IMG/VR virus record: IMGVR_UViG_3300037522_000016
Span: 1 to 26,150 of that record
Reading direction: 5' to 3' (one strand)
Length of the DNA stretch: 26,150 nt
Source: a virus
Lineage: Duplodnaviria > Caudoviricetes
Shown here: positions 9,502 to 18,441 of the stretch, in pieces
Numbering within the stretch: position 1 is the first letter of the stretch
Layout: each line of letters begins with the position of its first letter
Notes under the pieces: generated by a model
Told to the model about the DNA's origin: nothing
Database searches by the model: none
Seen by the model: the letters and a program-made list of their open reading frames with translations, nothing else
Translations under genes and position numbers: made by a program

Positions 9502-10674
9502 TCACGCGGTGTACGTGAAGCCGTCCGTCAGAGTGCTGTTGCCGTTCGGGTGGGCGACCTCGACATCGACCAGGCCGGTACCCGCAGGGGTCTCGGCGGT
9601 GATCTCCGTGTCCGACACGACCATGAACGCGGTCGATGGGGTGCCGTCCAGGTTCAGCGCGGTAGCCCCGGTGAAGCCGAAGCCCGCCACCGTGACCGCA
9701 GTGCCACCAGCGTCAGTACCCGTGTCCGGCGTGATGGACGCGATGCCAGCACCTGCGACCGTGACGTCGTCCGTGAAGGTGGAGTCGCCTCGGTACGCGA
9801 TGAACGTGTACGTGTCGGCAGCCTCGTACAGGTGGACAATGTCCGACCCGTCCTCGCTGTAGTCCCACGTCCCGTCCCCGAAGTCGATCCACCACGGGTC
9901 CGACCCGGCCGGGTCGGGTGTGAAGGTCACTTCGAGGCCGTTGTCCGCCGTGGTGACGTCGGTCAGGTCTGCGCCGTCCGGGTCGAGCAGCGGGCGTGCG
10001 CCACACTCAGCCTCGGGCGGTGCCACCTGAGTGATGATCGCCAGGAGGTGTGTCGTCGGCGTGAGTGCCTGGTTGAGCGGGGCAGGCAGGCTGTCCGCGC
10101 CGAGCACCACGTCGTACGGCCCGACGCCCCAGGCGGAGCCGTCGCGCGTGGATGCGTTGGTGATGGTGAAGGTGACCGCGTCGTTCTCGATGGTGAAGTC
10201 GCCCAGGACACCACCCTGGAGGAACGGCAGGACGATGTAACCGAAGTTGCCGGTGCCTCCCTCGGTCGTGCAGCCGGAGGTCGCCGGAGAACCGGCCCAG
10301 ACCTCCAGGGCGAACGCGGTGTCCAGGATGGAGATCGCGGTGTCCTGCGTGAAGCCGATGACGTTGCCGAACGCATCGGTGTACACGTCCTGTCCGGTCA
10401 TGATGGCGAACAGCTCGGGGTCCACCTGGCAGAACTCGGTCTCGACCGTGTAGCCGAGGAAGGTGGGGACGGCGGGCTCGTAGACGCAGCGCTCACCGGC
10501 GGCGTTCGGGAGGTTGATCTCCTCGCCGTCGTCGATGTTGGCCGTGTAGGAGACGGTCACGAACCCCTTGGACGTGACCACGGAGTCAGGCCCGTAGACG
10601 GGACGGCCACACCCGTCGAGACGGGTGACGCGCATCATCCGCCCACGGACGAAGCTAGAGCAGACGGTAGGCAT
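9502..10674 (-). CDS. Major tail protein with C-terminal PKD-like and IPT/TIG-like Ig domains
   Basis: N-terminal RGRMMRVTRLDGCG...FCQVDPELFAIMTG...FALEVW tail-tube signature, then WWIDFGDG...HLYEAADTY (PKD) and ITPDTGTDAGGTAVTVAGFGFTGAT...VVSDTEITAETP (IPT/TIG). Confidence 0.88.
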   Translation of the reverse strand: MPTVCSSFVRGRMMRVTRLDGCGRPVYGPDSVVTSKGFVTVSYTANIDDGEEINLPNAAGERCVYEPAVPTFLGYTVETEFCQVDPELFAIMTGQDVYTDAFGNVIGFTQDTAISILDTAFALEVWAGSPATSGCTTEGGTGNFGYIVLPFLQGGVLGDFTIENDAVTFTITNASTRDGSAWGVGPYDVVLGADSLPAPLNQALTPTTHLLAIITQVAPPEAECGARPLLDPDGADLTDVTTADNGLEVTFTPDPAGSDPWWIDFGDGTWDYSEDGSDIVHLYEAADTYTFIAYRGDSTFTDDVTVAGAGIASITPDTGTDAGGTAVTVAGFGFTGATALNLDGTPSTAFMVVSDTEITAETPAGTGLVDVEVAHPNGNSTLTDGFTYTA

Positions 10675-10677
10675 GGA

Positions 10678-11019
10678 TTACTCCTCGACCAGGTTCTTGA
10701 TGTCGTCACGCGACAGGTCGTCCGTGATCTCTGCGCCCTGGGCTGCTGCGTACTCAGCCCAGGCTTCGCGTGACCCGTTACCGCGAGGCTTCGGGATCTC
10801 CTCTGTGCGGGGCGCAGAGGGGGTGGGGGAGGGCTCGGGGTACACGACGCCCTCCTTGATGTGATCGACGCCTAGAGCAGCGTCCACGACCTCCTGAGGG
10901 GCCATGTAGCCGCTGCGGGTGGTCTTCACCACCGTGGCAGGAAAGCCCAGGCCCTTGGCGGCAGCCAGGAGAGCCTGGGCATTCGCCTTGGAGCGAGGGC
11001 CGTGGAACGCATTCGCCAT
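10678..11019 (-). CDS. Hypothetical virion-module protein (113 aa)
   Basis: Coupled to the pentamer gene (TGATG). C-terminal PRGNGSREAWAEYA...LSRDDIKNL small helical motif. Confidence 0.7.
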   Translation of the reverse strand: MANAFHGPRSKANAQALLAAAKGLGFPATVVKTTRSGYMAPQEVVDAALGVDHIKEGVVYPEPSPTPSAPRTEEIPKPRGNGSREAWAEYAAAQGAEITDDLSRDDIKNLVEE

Positions 11020-11819
11020 CAGACCAGCTCCGTCTCAACCAGGATCGCCACGAGCATGCACTCGGCGGTGACGGCGATCATGCGCTCAGCCAGAGCGCGC
11101 TGGAGGTTCAGGTGCTCGCTCGCGCCGAGGACCCGGTTCACGATGACGGGAGTGCGCGCGATCGTGACGGCACCGGTCATGTAGATCCACGCCTCCCCGT
11201 CAGCGGGGGGGTCACCGCTCGGGTCGGCCATGCCCAGGTACCCGCCGCCGTTCGCGACAAGAGCGCCCTGCTTGGTCGTGATCGTGAAGTCCAGGCCGAA
11301 GGTCAGCGCCTCCTGCGTCAGGCCGATCGAGGCCACATGGCGGTCCATGTGCAGGACTGGCGTGCCGCCGTAGTTCGCGCCCGCGTACCCCTCCAGGACA
11401 GCGATGGCCTGAGCCACCGTGAGCGCTGTACCAGGAGTCGGGGTGATGTCGGTTGCGCCAGCGAAGACGTGCTCCGCCATGCCCTCTTCGACCGCGATGT
11501 GCTCGGTCAGCTCCAGGCCGTGGCGCGCCCAGTCCGAGTCGTCGTCCACCATCCAGGTGCACTCGACGCCCTTGTAGACAGCGAACGGGGTGCCGGTGAT
11601 GACGTCGATCTCGTCGAACGTCTTCTCGGCACGCTCATCGGCAGTGAGGCATGCGGGGTCGTCAAGGCTGGAGGCAACACCGCAGTTCTCGGACAGGTAC
11701 GTGGCACCAGATGCGCCAACGTGCACATCAGCGTCGCGCACAGTAGCGACCGCGTACAGACCGCCCGCAGCCGGGGCGACCGCAGGAGCCTCGATGTAGA
11801 CAGGGTTAGCAAGGGGCAT
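11019..11819 (-). CDS. Major capsid pentamer-type protein (266 aa)
   Basis: SD AAGGAGG. Motifs GGLYAVA, PFAVYKGVEC, LEGYAGANYGGTPVLH, GALVANGGGY and ALAER...C; follows the hexamer gene as in Rosebush-type phages. Confidence 0.75.
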   Translation of the reverse strand: MPLANPVYIEAPAVAPAAGGLYAVATVRDADVHVGASGATYLSENCGVASSLDDPACLTADERAEKTFDEIDVITGTPFAVYKGVECTWMVDDDSDWARHGLELTEHIAVEEGMAEHVFAGATDITPTPGTALTVAQAIAVLEGYAGANYGGTPVLHMDRHVASIGLTQEALTFGLDFTITTKQGALVANGGGYLGMADPSGDPPADGEAWIYMTGAVTIARTPVIVNRVLGASEHLNLQRALAERMIAVTAECMLVAILVETELV

Positions 11820-11843
11820 CCGCCGACCTCCTTTCCATCAGGA

Positions 11844-11880
11844 GATGAGGGGGTGCCGCGGCGGGCAGCACCCCCTCATC
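11844..11880 (-). terminator. Stem-loop between the hexamer and pentamer capsid genes
   Basis: GATGAGGGGGTGC (11844-11856) / GCACCCCCTCATC (11868-11880), 13-bp perfect arms just after the capsid stop. Confidence 0.65.
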
Positions 11881-11886
11881 GGGAGA

Positions 11887-13575
11887 TCACGCCTCGACGT
11901 AGGCCGGGGGCTCCTCGCCGAAGTCCTGGTTGATGATGGCGGCTGCCGTCAGGCCGGTGACCGCGAGGTCGATGGAGAGGCGACGCGGGTCGTGGCAGAC
12001 GTTGGCGAGAGCCACACCCTCCTCCGCGAACAGCGCGGTGTAGGTGTTGGTGCTCAGGCCGACCGAGTCGTACACGGCGTCCAGGCGGATCACGTCGTCG
12101 GTCAGCATCACGAAGGTGCCAGCCGGGTACATGATCGTCTCCAGCGTGTCCGGGTAGTCCGTGGCGATGCCCTCGCTCGTGACGTCCAGCGGCTGGTAGT
12201 TGTACAGCCACTGCACCCGCAGACCGCGCGTGGTGAAGAACGAGTCCAGCATGGAGTCGGTGACGTTCACCATGTCCACGCCGGTCCGGTTCGCCAGGTC
12301 GGCACGAAGCGCCGGGCGGACCCAGAACGGGAGCAGAACCTCCAGCGTGGCGGACCGCGCCATGCGGAACCGCTCGCGCTCACCCTCAGCCACCAGCTCC
12401 AGAGCGTGGAGGATCGACAGGGCGTTGGCCCACACGTCGTCCACGGCGATGGCCGGGCCGGTGATGGCCTCAGCCGCAGCGATCATCCGCGCGGAGACCG
12501 CGTGGCGCTGAGCGATGAGGACACCCTCGATGTACCGACGGATCAGCTCCGGGTACGCGGCGTTGGTCAGGATGCCAGCGCTGATGCAGACGTACGCGGC
12601 GTCGAGACGAACGTCCTCGAACGGCGGGCACTCCACCTCGATGCAGGTCTTGACGGTGCCAGCCTCAGCCTCAGCCTCGGTCTGGAACGCGGTGACCGCG
12701 TAGGCGTAGAAGTCCTCGAAGTTCGGACCCTTGGTGAAGTTGATGCCACCACGGTTGACCTGAACCTCGGGGAGGTCCCAGAGGCCGTCAGTCGACTCGA
12801 TGGAGCAGAGGTCGTACAGGGTCTCGGACGGGGCGCACCAGCCGCCAGCAGCAGTGAGGGAGCCACCCGGCAGGCGCGACTCCACAGACGCGGCCTGGAT
12901 CAGGTCCTGCGTGCTGCGGTAGTTGTCGATGCTCAGGCCGTCAGAGCGCTGCTTGGTGATGTGTGCGACGCCGTAGCGGTTCTGGACGCTGCCGACCTTG
13001 CCGCGCGGCATGGCCTGGAAGCGCTCCATCGCACCCTTGGTGACGTCGTCCAGGTCCTTGAGTACAGCGCCCATGGAGTAGCCAGCCGAGGGGGCGTCGG
13101 CGGCGGCGGTGATGACGGGGAGTGCCTGGTTCGGGATCTCGGGCACGGTGGTTGCCGACGCGGCACGCTTCACCACTCGGGTCTTCTCCTTCTTGGCGTT
13201 ACCGCTGGCGGTGACCAGCTCCTTGGCCGGGTCCTCGACCTCGACCTCAGGCTCCGGCTCAGGGGTGGGGACCTCAGCAACCGGCTCCGGCTCGGGGTCG
13301 TCCTCGACCTCGGGCTCAGCGGTGACCTCGGTGGCCTTGGCGCGCGCGCTGGTGCGGCGCTCGGCAAGGGCGGTGGCGGCAGCGGTGGCCTCAGCCTCAG
13401 CCTGCGAAGCGGCGTCGATGAACGTGGTCAGCGCCTCCAGGCGCTCCAGGTTCTCGTCAGTGAACTCGTCGTCAGCGATGGCGTTGACGGTACGAGCCTC
13501 CTCGCGGGCCTGCGTGAGGGCCGCTGCAAGGTCGGCAGCCGAAAGGGCGGCCAGATCCTCGGGGATTACGAACAT
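11887..13575 (-). CDS. Major capsid (hexamer-type) protein with N-terminal scaffold-like extension (562 aa)
   Basis: SD AAGGAG. Helical Ala/Glu-rich N-terminus with a PEPE linker, then LTAAGGWCAPSETLYD, LPEVQVNRGGI, CPPFEDVRLD, ILTNAAYPEL and LDAVYDS...NTYTALFAEEG, characteristic of cluster-B-like hexamer capsid proteins. Confidence 0.9.
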   Translation of the reverse strand: MFVIPEDLAALSAADLAAALTQAREEARTVNAIADDEFTDENLERLEALTTFIDAASQAEAEATAAATALAERRTSARAKATEVTAEPEVEDDPEPEPVAEVPTPEPEPEVEVEDPAKELVTASGNAKKEKTRVVKRAASATTVPEIPNQALPVITAAADAPSAGYSMGAVLKDLDDVTKGAMERFQAMPRGKVGSVQNRYGVAHITKQRSDGLSIDNYRSTQDLIQAASVESRLPGGSLTAAGGWCAPSETLYDLCSIESTDGLWDLPEVQVNRGGINFTKGPNFEDFYAYAVTAFQTEAEAEAGTVKTCIEVECPPFEDVRLDAAYVCISAGILTNAAYPELIRRYIEGVLIAQRHAVSARMIAAAEAITGPAIAVDDVWANALSILHALELVAEGERERFRMARSATLEVLLPFWVRPALRADLANRTGVDMVNVTDSMLDSFFTTRGLRVQWLYNYQPLDVTSEGIATDYPDTLETIMYPAGTFVMLTDDVIRLDAVYDSVGLSTNTYTALFAEEGVALANVCHDPRRLSIDLAVTGLTAAAIINQDFGEEPPAYVEA

Positions 13576-13662
13576 TTCGCACTCCTTCTGGGTACGGATG
13601 GGGCGTGTAGATACTGCACGCGCCCTTCGGGCACCCAGTCGTGCGACTTGCTTCTGACATGA

Positions 13663-13701
13663 GGATAGCGCTTGCCGTCAACATCTAGGCAAGCGCTATC
13701 C
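13663..13701. promoter_or_regulatory. 14-bp inverted repeat upstream of the capsid gene, overlapping a possible -10 (TATCCT, minus strand)
   Basis: GGATAGCGCTTGCC (13663-13676) N11 GGCAAGCGCTATCC (13688-13701) in the 13576-13709 intergenic gap. Confidence 0.5.
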
Positions 13702-13709
13702 CGTGTGGA

Positions 13710-13853
13710 CTAGTTCGGCTCGTACTTTCCACCCTTGGTGGCGACCTGGTACTTGGCCTCCGTCTCGGACCGGTAGGTCGCCGTCTTCCCGTTCGGGTAC
13801 GTGACCTTGTAGGACTTCGACGCGCCCTTCTTCTTACCGCAGTTACATGCCAT
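13710..13853 (-). CDS. Small basic protein (47 aa), missed by the ORF track
   Basis: SD AAGGAG. MACNCGKKKGASKSYKVTYPNGKTATYRSETEAKYQVATKGGKYEPN; GC3-biased codons; lies between the protease and capsid genes. Confidence 0.8.
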   Translation of the reverse strand: MACNCGKKKGASKSYKVTYPNGKTATYRSETEAKYQVATKGGKYEPN

Positions 13854-13873
13854 CTCTGCTCCTTGGTGTGTTC

Positions 13874-16348
13874 TCAGTCGACTCGCTCGCTGAGGCGCTT
13901 GCGCTCCTGGGACCGGAACCGGGACTTGGACTTGCGTGTCTTCTGCCGGAACGCGAGTTCCTTCTCCACAGCCTTGGCGAACTCCTTGGCGGAGATCGGG
14001 TCCGTCTGCTCTACGGCCTTCTCTGTCGCGGTGCGCTCCACCATTCCTGCCGCCACCAGCGCCGTCTGCACACCAGCAGCAGCGGCGAGGGAGAGGCGGG
14101 GGACCGGGAAGCCCGGGACGTTGACGGCGAGGGCGGCCACTAGCTCCAGGTCGCCACCGATGCGACGCCAGTCCCCGGACAGGTTGCTCGCCTTGAAGGA
14201 CCGGATCTGCTCCGGCGTGAGGTTCGGTCGCATGGCCCCAGAGAACCAGATGCCGAACTCGTCCTCACCGGTGACCACGTCCGCCACGACGGCGTCAGTG
14301 TTGTCGTAGTGCGCGATGGCCCCCATGGCGCTGGCCTTGTCGTTCGCGTGGCCGATGCCCATGGTGAGGTTCCCGACCGGGATCTCACCCTGATCCGTGT
14401 CGATGACACCAGTCCGGAAGTAGGCGTAGTTCGTGGCGCTCGGGGGAGCGGCGGTGCACTCGTCGCCACGGTTGATCGACAGGCCCAGGCCCGTGTGGCA
14501 GGTGCCCCACTGGGCGATGTGCCCGAAGACTCGACCCTCCTCGGTGACGGTGACTGGGGTGGGTGCGGTCAGTTCGGGGTCAGCGAACCAGGCAGCGGGA
14601 AGCGTGGTGATCTCCTCGTCAACGATGGTGAAGGCGGATGCCATGACGGAACCCTCGACAGAGCGGGTGCCGTGGCGGCCAGGCCAGGTGCCCAGCGCAA
14701 CGTGGTGCAGGTTCGCGCAGGTCCCCGCCAGCCACTGTGGGTTGGCGATGTACTCGCGGAGCTGTCGGCGGCACCGGTTGAAGTCGCCAGGGACGCCCCA
14801 GCGGATCTTGGCCGCACCAGGGCCGCGTGTCCAGTAGTTCCGCAGGCGCTGAGTCGGAACCGGGTGCGTGATCCAGCCGGGGCCGTCCTTCGTCCCGGGG
14901 GCAAACGCGCTGGCGGTCAGGGACTCGGGCGGCTCCTCGTCCAGGCGTCGGTACGCGGCGACCAGTCGACGCTTGCCTGTCGCGACGGCCGCATCGGGGG
15001 CGTCTACCTGGTTGATCCGCGCGGCGGCGTTGTGCACAGCAGCGCGGTTCAGGTCGCCGTTCGGCTCCAGGATCGGGACCGCGTAGCGCTCCTTGGCAGT
15101 GCCGAACGACTCACCCCGGTCCACGACAGTGCTCCGAACCCACTCCTCGTCGGTGAAGCGGGAGGCACTGCCATCCCACGCCGCGTCGGAGATGGCGAAT
15201 TCGACCATGGTCGCGTAGTAGCCATCAAGCTCCTTGGCGACACAGGGCTCACAGCCAGACGAGAGCAGGACGTCCCAGTCGTCGTCCTCTGGCATGGGGT
15301 CGCCGCCCAGGAGCGCGTACGCCCCGGTGAAGGCAGGGATGTCCACGAGCGTGGCTGCGCGGATGCGGCCAGTGACGTCCATGCGGAACTGCTGACCAAG
15401 CTCCATGGCCTGCTCAGGGTCGTCCAGAAGCTCCATGGTGGTGGAGTCCAGGTCCACAGATATGCCCATGCGGCCCTCCGCCAGGAGGCCGGTCACCTCG
15501 TCCGCCTCAGCGGTGTTCATGAGGTTGCCGGACCAGCGGATCAGGTCGCCGTCCTGCCAGATGTCGGTGATGGTGCCGACCCGGACAGCGCCGTCGTGCT
15601 GACCAGCGTCCGCCTTGACCCAGCGCAGGGCCAGGGGAGGGTCGTCCCATGTCGCCTCGGTGATCTGCCGCCCGTCGCCAGCGCGCTCACCCAGGGGTAC
15701 GAGAACGCCACCAACAGGGAGCGGGTCGAAGGCGAACTCGTGCTCGGTCTCCATGACGGGGGCATCCATGTCGATAGCGAAGGTCTGTGCGCTCATCTCT
15801 TCTCCCTGGACCGGGCGTACGACGCACCGGCAGTTGATCCATACCTCAGGTGGGCCGATGGGCTGCCCCGGGAAGTTCAGTTCCCACTGTCCCACCGAGA
15901 AGGTGTCCCCGACAGGGCGCTGGACACCCTGAAGCGGTCGGTGCAGGGTTCGCACGTCCTCATCCCGCATCGTGACCCACTCCAGGAGCACGGACCCATC
16001 CGACTGGGCCGCGACAGCCGTCGTGGCAGCGTTGATGGCGTACGTGGCGACCCAGCGGGCGATCCGATCCACCTGGACATCGCTCGGAGGGTCGGTCGGG
16101 GGAGTGGTGAGCGCGAGAGAGGCAGCCAGATCGGCCAGGAACGCGCCAGAGGGGGGGATGTCGGAGCCTAGGGCCTCCACCGTGTCGTCCCACACCCGAA
16201 TGGCGGCCTCTATGGTTCCAGAAAACATGTTTTCTGAGCCGAAATCGGCCAGCGCCTGACGCACCGGCCCCATCAGGAGGTCGGCAGCGCTGACCATCTG
16301 CTCGCTCCGCTGCGCGATGAAGGTTTCGATGCCGTCGTCGAAGATCAT
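13874..16348 (-). CDS. Capsid maturation protease fused to a MuF-like head morphogenesis domain (824 aa)
   Basis: Start MIFDDG at 16348 (ATGA overlap with portal). MuF motif WVTMRDEDVRTLH...FPG...EVWINCRC; protease-like HDGAVRVG, GISVDLD and AATLVDIPAF; C-terminal GRVFGHIAQWGTCH...SGDWR...LAVNVPGFP. Confidence 0.85.
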   Translation of the reverse strand: MIFDDGIETFIAQRSEQMVSAADLLMGPVRQALADFGSENMFSGTIEAAIRVWDDTVEALGSDIPPSGAFLADLAASLALTTPPTDPPSDVQVDRIARWVATYAINAATTAVAAQSDGSVLLEWVTMRDEDVRTLHRPLQGVQRPVGDTFSVGQWELNFPGQPIGPPEVWINCRCVVRPVQGEEMSAQTFAIDMDAPVMETEHEFAFDPLPVGGVLVPLGERAGDGRQITEATWDDPPLALRWVKADAGQHDGAVRVGTITDIWQDGDLIRWSGNLMNTAEADEVTGLLAEGRMGISVDLDSTTMELLDDPEQAMELGQQFRMDVTGRIRAATLVDIPAFTGAYALLGGDPMPEDDDWDVLLSSGCEPCVAKELDGYYATMVEFAISDAAWDGSASRFTDEEWVRSTVVDRGESFGTAKERYAVPILEPNGDLNRAAVHNAAARINQVDAPDAAVATGKRRLVAAYRRLDEEPPESLTASAFAPGTKDGPGWITHPVPTQRLRNYWTRGPGAAKIRWGVPGDFNRCRRQLREYIANPQWLAGTCANLHHVALGTWPGRHGTRSVEGSVMASAFTIVDEEITTLPAAWFADPELTAPTPVTVTEEGRVFGHIAQWGTCHTGLGLSINRGDECTAAPPSATNYAYFRTGVIDTDQGEIPVGNLTMGIGHANDKASAMGAIAHYDNTDAVVADVVTGEDEFGIWFSGAMRPNLTPEQIRSFKASNLSGDWRRIGGDLELVAALAVNVPGFPVPRLSLAAAAGVQTALVAAGMVERTATEKAVEQTDPISAKEFAKAVEKELAFRQKTRKSKSRFRSQERKRLSERVD
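16219..16236. repeat. Intragenic copy of the palindrome family (CAGAAAACATGTTTTCTG)
   Basis: Perfect 18-bp palindrome with the same arms as the AGAAAACCGGTTTTCT sites but a CATG centre; AT-rich patch in a GC3-rich gene. Confidence 0.6.
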
Positions 16349-18123
16349 GCGGTCGCCTTCAGCAGGTTGACGAACCCGCGCATCATCTGCGGGTCGTGAG
16401 GCTTCTGTTCCACCAGGATCGCCCGCGTGTAGGCGTCCAGACACGCGGTCAGGCGCTCAGAGTTGACTCCCCAGCGGGTGGCGAAGCGGTCCACAGCGCT
16501 CCAGGCGTCCTCCAGAACGAAGTCCAGCGTCCCCGTGTCTACCTTGTGGAACATGTACGTCTCCGAGGCTGCCACTCCAGGGATCTTGCGCTGCGTCTTG
16601 TTCTTCAGACGGTTCCCGGCACGCTCCAGAGCCCGGAAGACGAGCACTTCACACGCTGCGAGCATCGCTATCTCGTTCTCGTCCGGGATGTCACGGCGTG
16701 GGTGGTCCTCCAGGGATGGCGTGGGGCGTGCCTCCTGGATGTCAGGCCGGTCGGCGGGTGCATCTGGGTTGTCCCGCACCTCCAGCTCGATGCCGAGCGC
16801 CCGCAGCGCGGCCTCCACGATCTCGGGGGTGGTCTGCCCAGAGGCGACCTTGTTCAGGAACCAGCGCTTGTGCTCCGCCTCGTCCTGGATGTCGTCCGAC
16901 TTGAAGCCGGTCTCGATGGCCAGGGTCTCCGCGCTCAGGACACCCCGGTCCCACAGCTCCAGGGCCTCCTCAGAGCGGTTAGGCCGCAGGCGCATCTCCG
17001 AGGTGTCCACGCCAATGCCGTACGCGCGAGCGTCCTCCGGTGGCAGCGCAGCCACGCCGTCGTCGCCCTCGACCAGCATGGGGCGCAGGTAGCCAGTAGC
17101 CACGTCGTCCGCGATGCGGTTCAGCAGCGGCTCTGTGTGGGACTTGATCGAGGACTCATCGATCGACCAGGAGGACCAGTGGTTCGTGTCACCCTGGCCG
17201 GTCAGGATCTCCGGGGGCATGTCCATAGACAGCGCGAGACGCCGGATGGCCTCGGTGCGCAGTTCGATGGCGTGGTTGTCCAGCTCTGACCAGAACTGGA
17301 GGTGGTGAACGTGCTCGATGACCTCACCGTCAGCGGTGACGACGATCGGGACCAGCGCGCTGGCGTCCTCGCGGTTCATGATGGCGCGACCCATCACGTC
17401 CTGGAGGACATCCACGAACGCATCGGCGTTGCCCGTGATGGTGTTCCCGTCCTCCGTCTTGACGGCGAACGTCATCTGGTTCGGGAGGAACAGGATGCCC
17501 GCGCTGGACAGTCGAGAGTCCACCTGGGCTGCGACGTGCATCGTCAGGCGCTCGATCTCGGACAGGATCGGCAGGGCAGCACGAGAGGGGGAGGTGGCTG
17601 CGGTGTTGTCCACCGGGTGCGGTCGCCAGATGCGCATCATGAACGGGTCGCCAGAGACAGGCTTGCCGTTGATGGCGTAGTCGTCGCCGGTCTTCTTGAT
17701 CCGGCTGGGTGCCACGACCTGCCACTGCTCCTGGTCACCCTCCTCGAAGCCGACCACCCATGCTTCACCAGCGACCGTGTAGTGCACGCCGATCTGCTGG
17801 AGCGCCGTGGAGCGTCCCTGCTCGTCGTAGAAGAACGAGTCAACCAGCCGCGATGCCGGGTGGTCAGGGTCCAGACGACGCGGACCGTCGCCGTCGTCGA
17901 AGGTGGCGTACAGCTTCGCCCGGGACAGGAGGTTCCCGACCCAGTTCACGGCGTAGGCGTACTCGCCCACCGTGTTGTAGAAGTGCCACGCGGCGTCCTG
18001 CCAGCCGGTGCCGGAGCGGGCGATCTTGTTCGGGTCCACCCCGCGCGTGATGCGCCTGGCACTGGCGACCAGGCTCTTGCTCGGCAGCGGGTCATCCCCT
18101 CGGGTCTTCTTCAGACGTGCCAT
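16345..18123 (-). CDS. Portal protein (592 aa)
   Basis: Between terminase and protease. Motifs WQDAAWHFYNTVGEY, RIWRPHP, SRLSSAGILFLP, AIRRLALSMDMPPEILTG and NHWSSWSI of actinophage portals. Confidence 0.9.
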   Translation of the reverse strand: MARLKKTRGDDPLPSKSLVASARRITRGVDPNKIARSGTGWQDAAWHFYNTVGEYAYAVNWVGNLLSRAKLYATFDDGDGPRRLDPDHPASRLVDSFFYDEQGRSTALQQIGVHYTVAGEAWVVGFEEGDQEQWQVVAPSRIKKTGDDYAINGKPVSGDPFMMRIWRPHPVDNTAATSPSRAALPILSEIERLTMHVAAQVDSRLSSAGILFLPNQMTFAVKTEDGNTITGNADAFVDVLQDVMGRAIMNREDASALVPIVVTADGEVIEHVHHLQFWSELDNHAIELRTEAIRRLALSMDMPPEILTGQGDTNHWSSWSIDESSIKSHTEPLLNRIADDVATGYLRPMLVEGDDGVAALPPEDARAYGIGVDTSEMRLRPNRSEEALELWDRGVLSAETLAIETGFKSDDIQDEAEHKRWFLNKVASGQTTPEIVEAALRALGIELEVRDNPDAPADRPDIQEARPTPSLEDHPRRDIPDENEIAMLAACEVLVFRALERAGNRLKNKTQRKIPGVAASETYMFHKVDTGTLDFVLEDAWSAVDRFATRWGVNSERLTACLDAYTRAILVEQKPHDPQMMRGFVNLLKATA

Positions 18124-18126
18124 TCC

Positions 18127-18441
18127 TTACCCCCGTGCCTTGATAGCGAGCCATGCTGCGGCGAAGGATGCCGCTAGCCAGCCGTTGACGATCCACCACG
18201 CGGGGTGCAGGTCTGTCACCACGGCGAGGATGAGATTCGGTGCGACGATCCACGGTGCAGCGCACCACGGGCAGTCCACCAGCTTGTACCAGGGGCCATC
18301 GTCCGTGATCTTGCTCCACTGGATTCGCATCCAGACGACGGGTGGCCACGTGTCGTGCACAACAAGGTTCACAAGCCTGGCGGTGGACAGCGCGCCGACG
18401 ATGACGGCGGCGATGATGTAGAGGATTTCCGTCACGACCAT
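18127..18441 (-). CDS. DUF1360-like membrane protein (104 aa)
   Basis: Start MVVTEIL at 18441. Hydrophobic helices, RLVNLVVHD and LVDCPWCAAPW (the CxWC motif of DUF1360). Confidence 0.7.
   Translation of the reverse strand: MVVTEILYIIAAVIVGALSTARLVNLVVHDTWPPVVWMRIQWSKITDDGPWYKLVDCPWCAAPWIVAPNLILAVVTDLHPAWWIVNGWLAASFAAAWLAIKARG

Noticed and set aside
13230-13330. PEPEPE/EAEAE-coding short repeats in the capsid gene
   Set aside because: Low-complexity protein linker, not a DNA repeat element.
9040-18177. Long plus-strand ORFs (577, 605, 620 aa and others) opposite the structural genes
   Set aside because: Antisense shadow ORFs typical of high-GC coding DNA, with no motifs or SDs; the minus strand is fully tiled by coupled genes.
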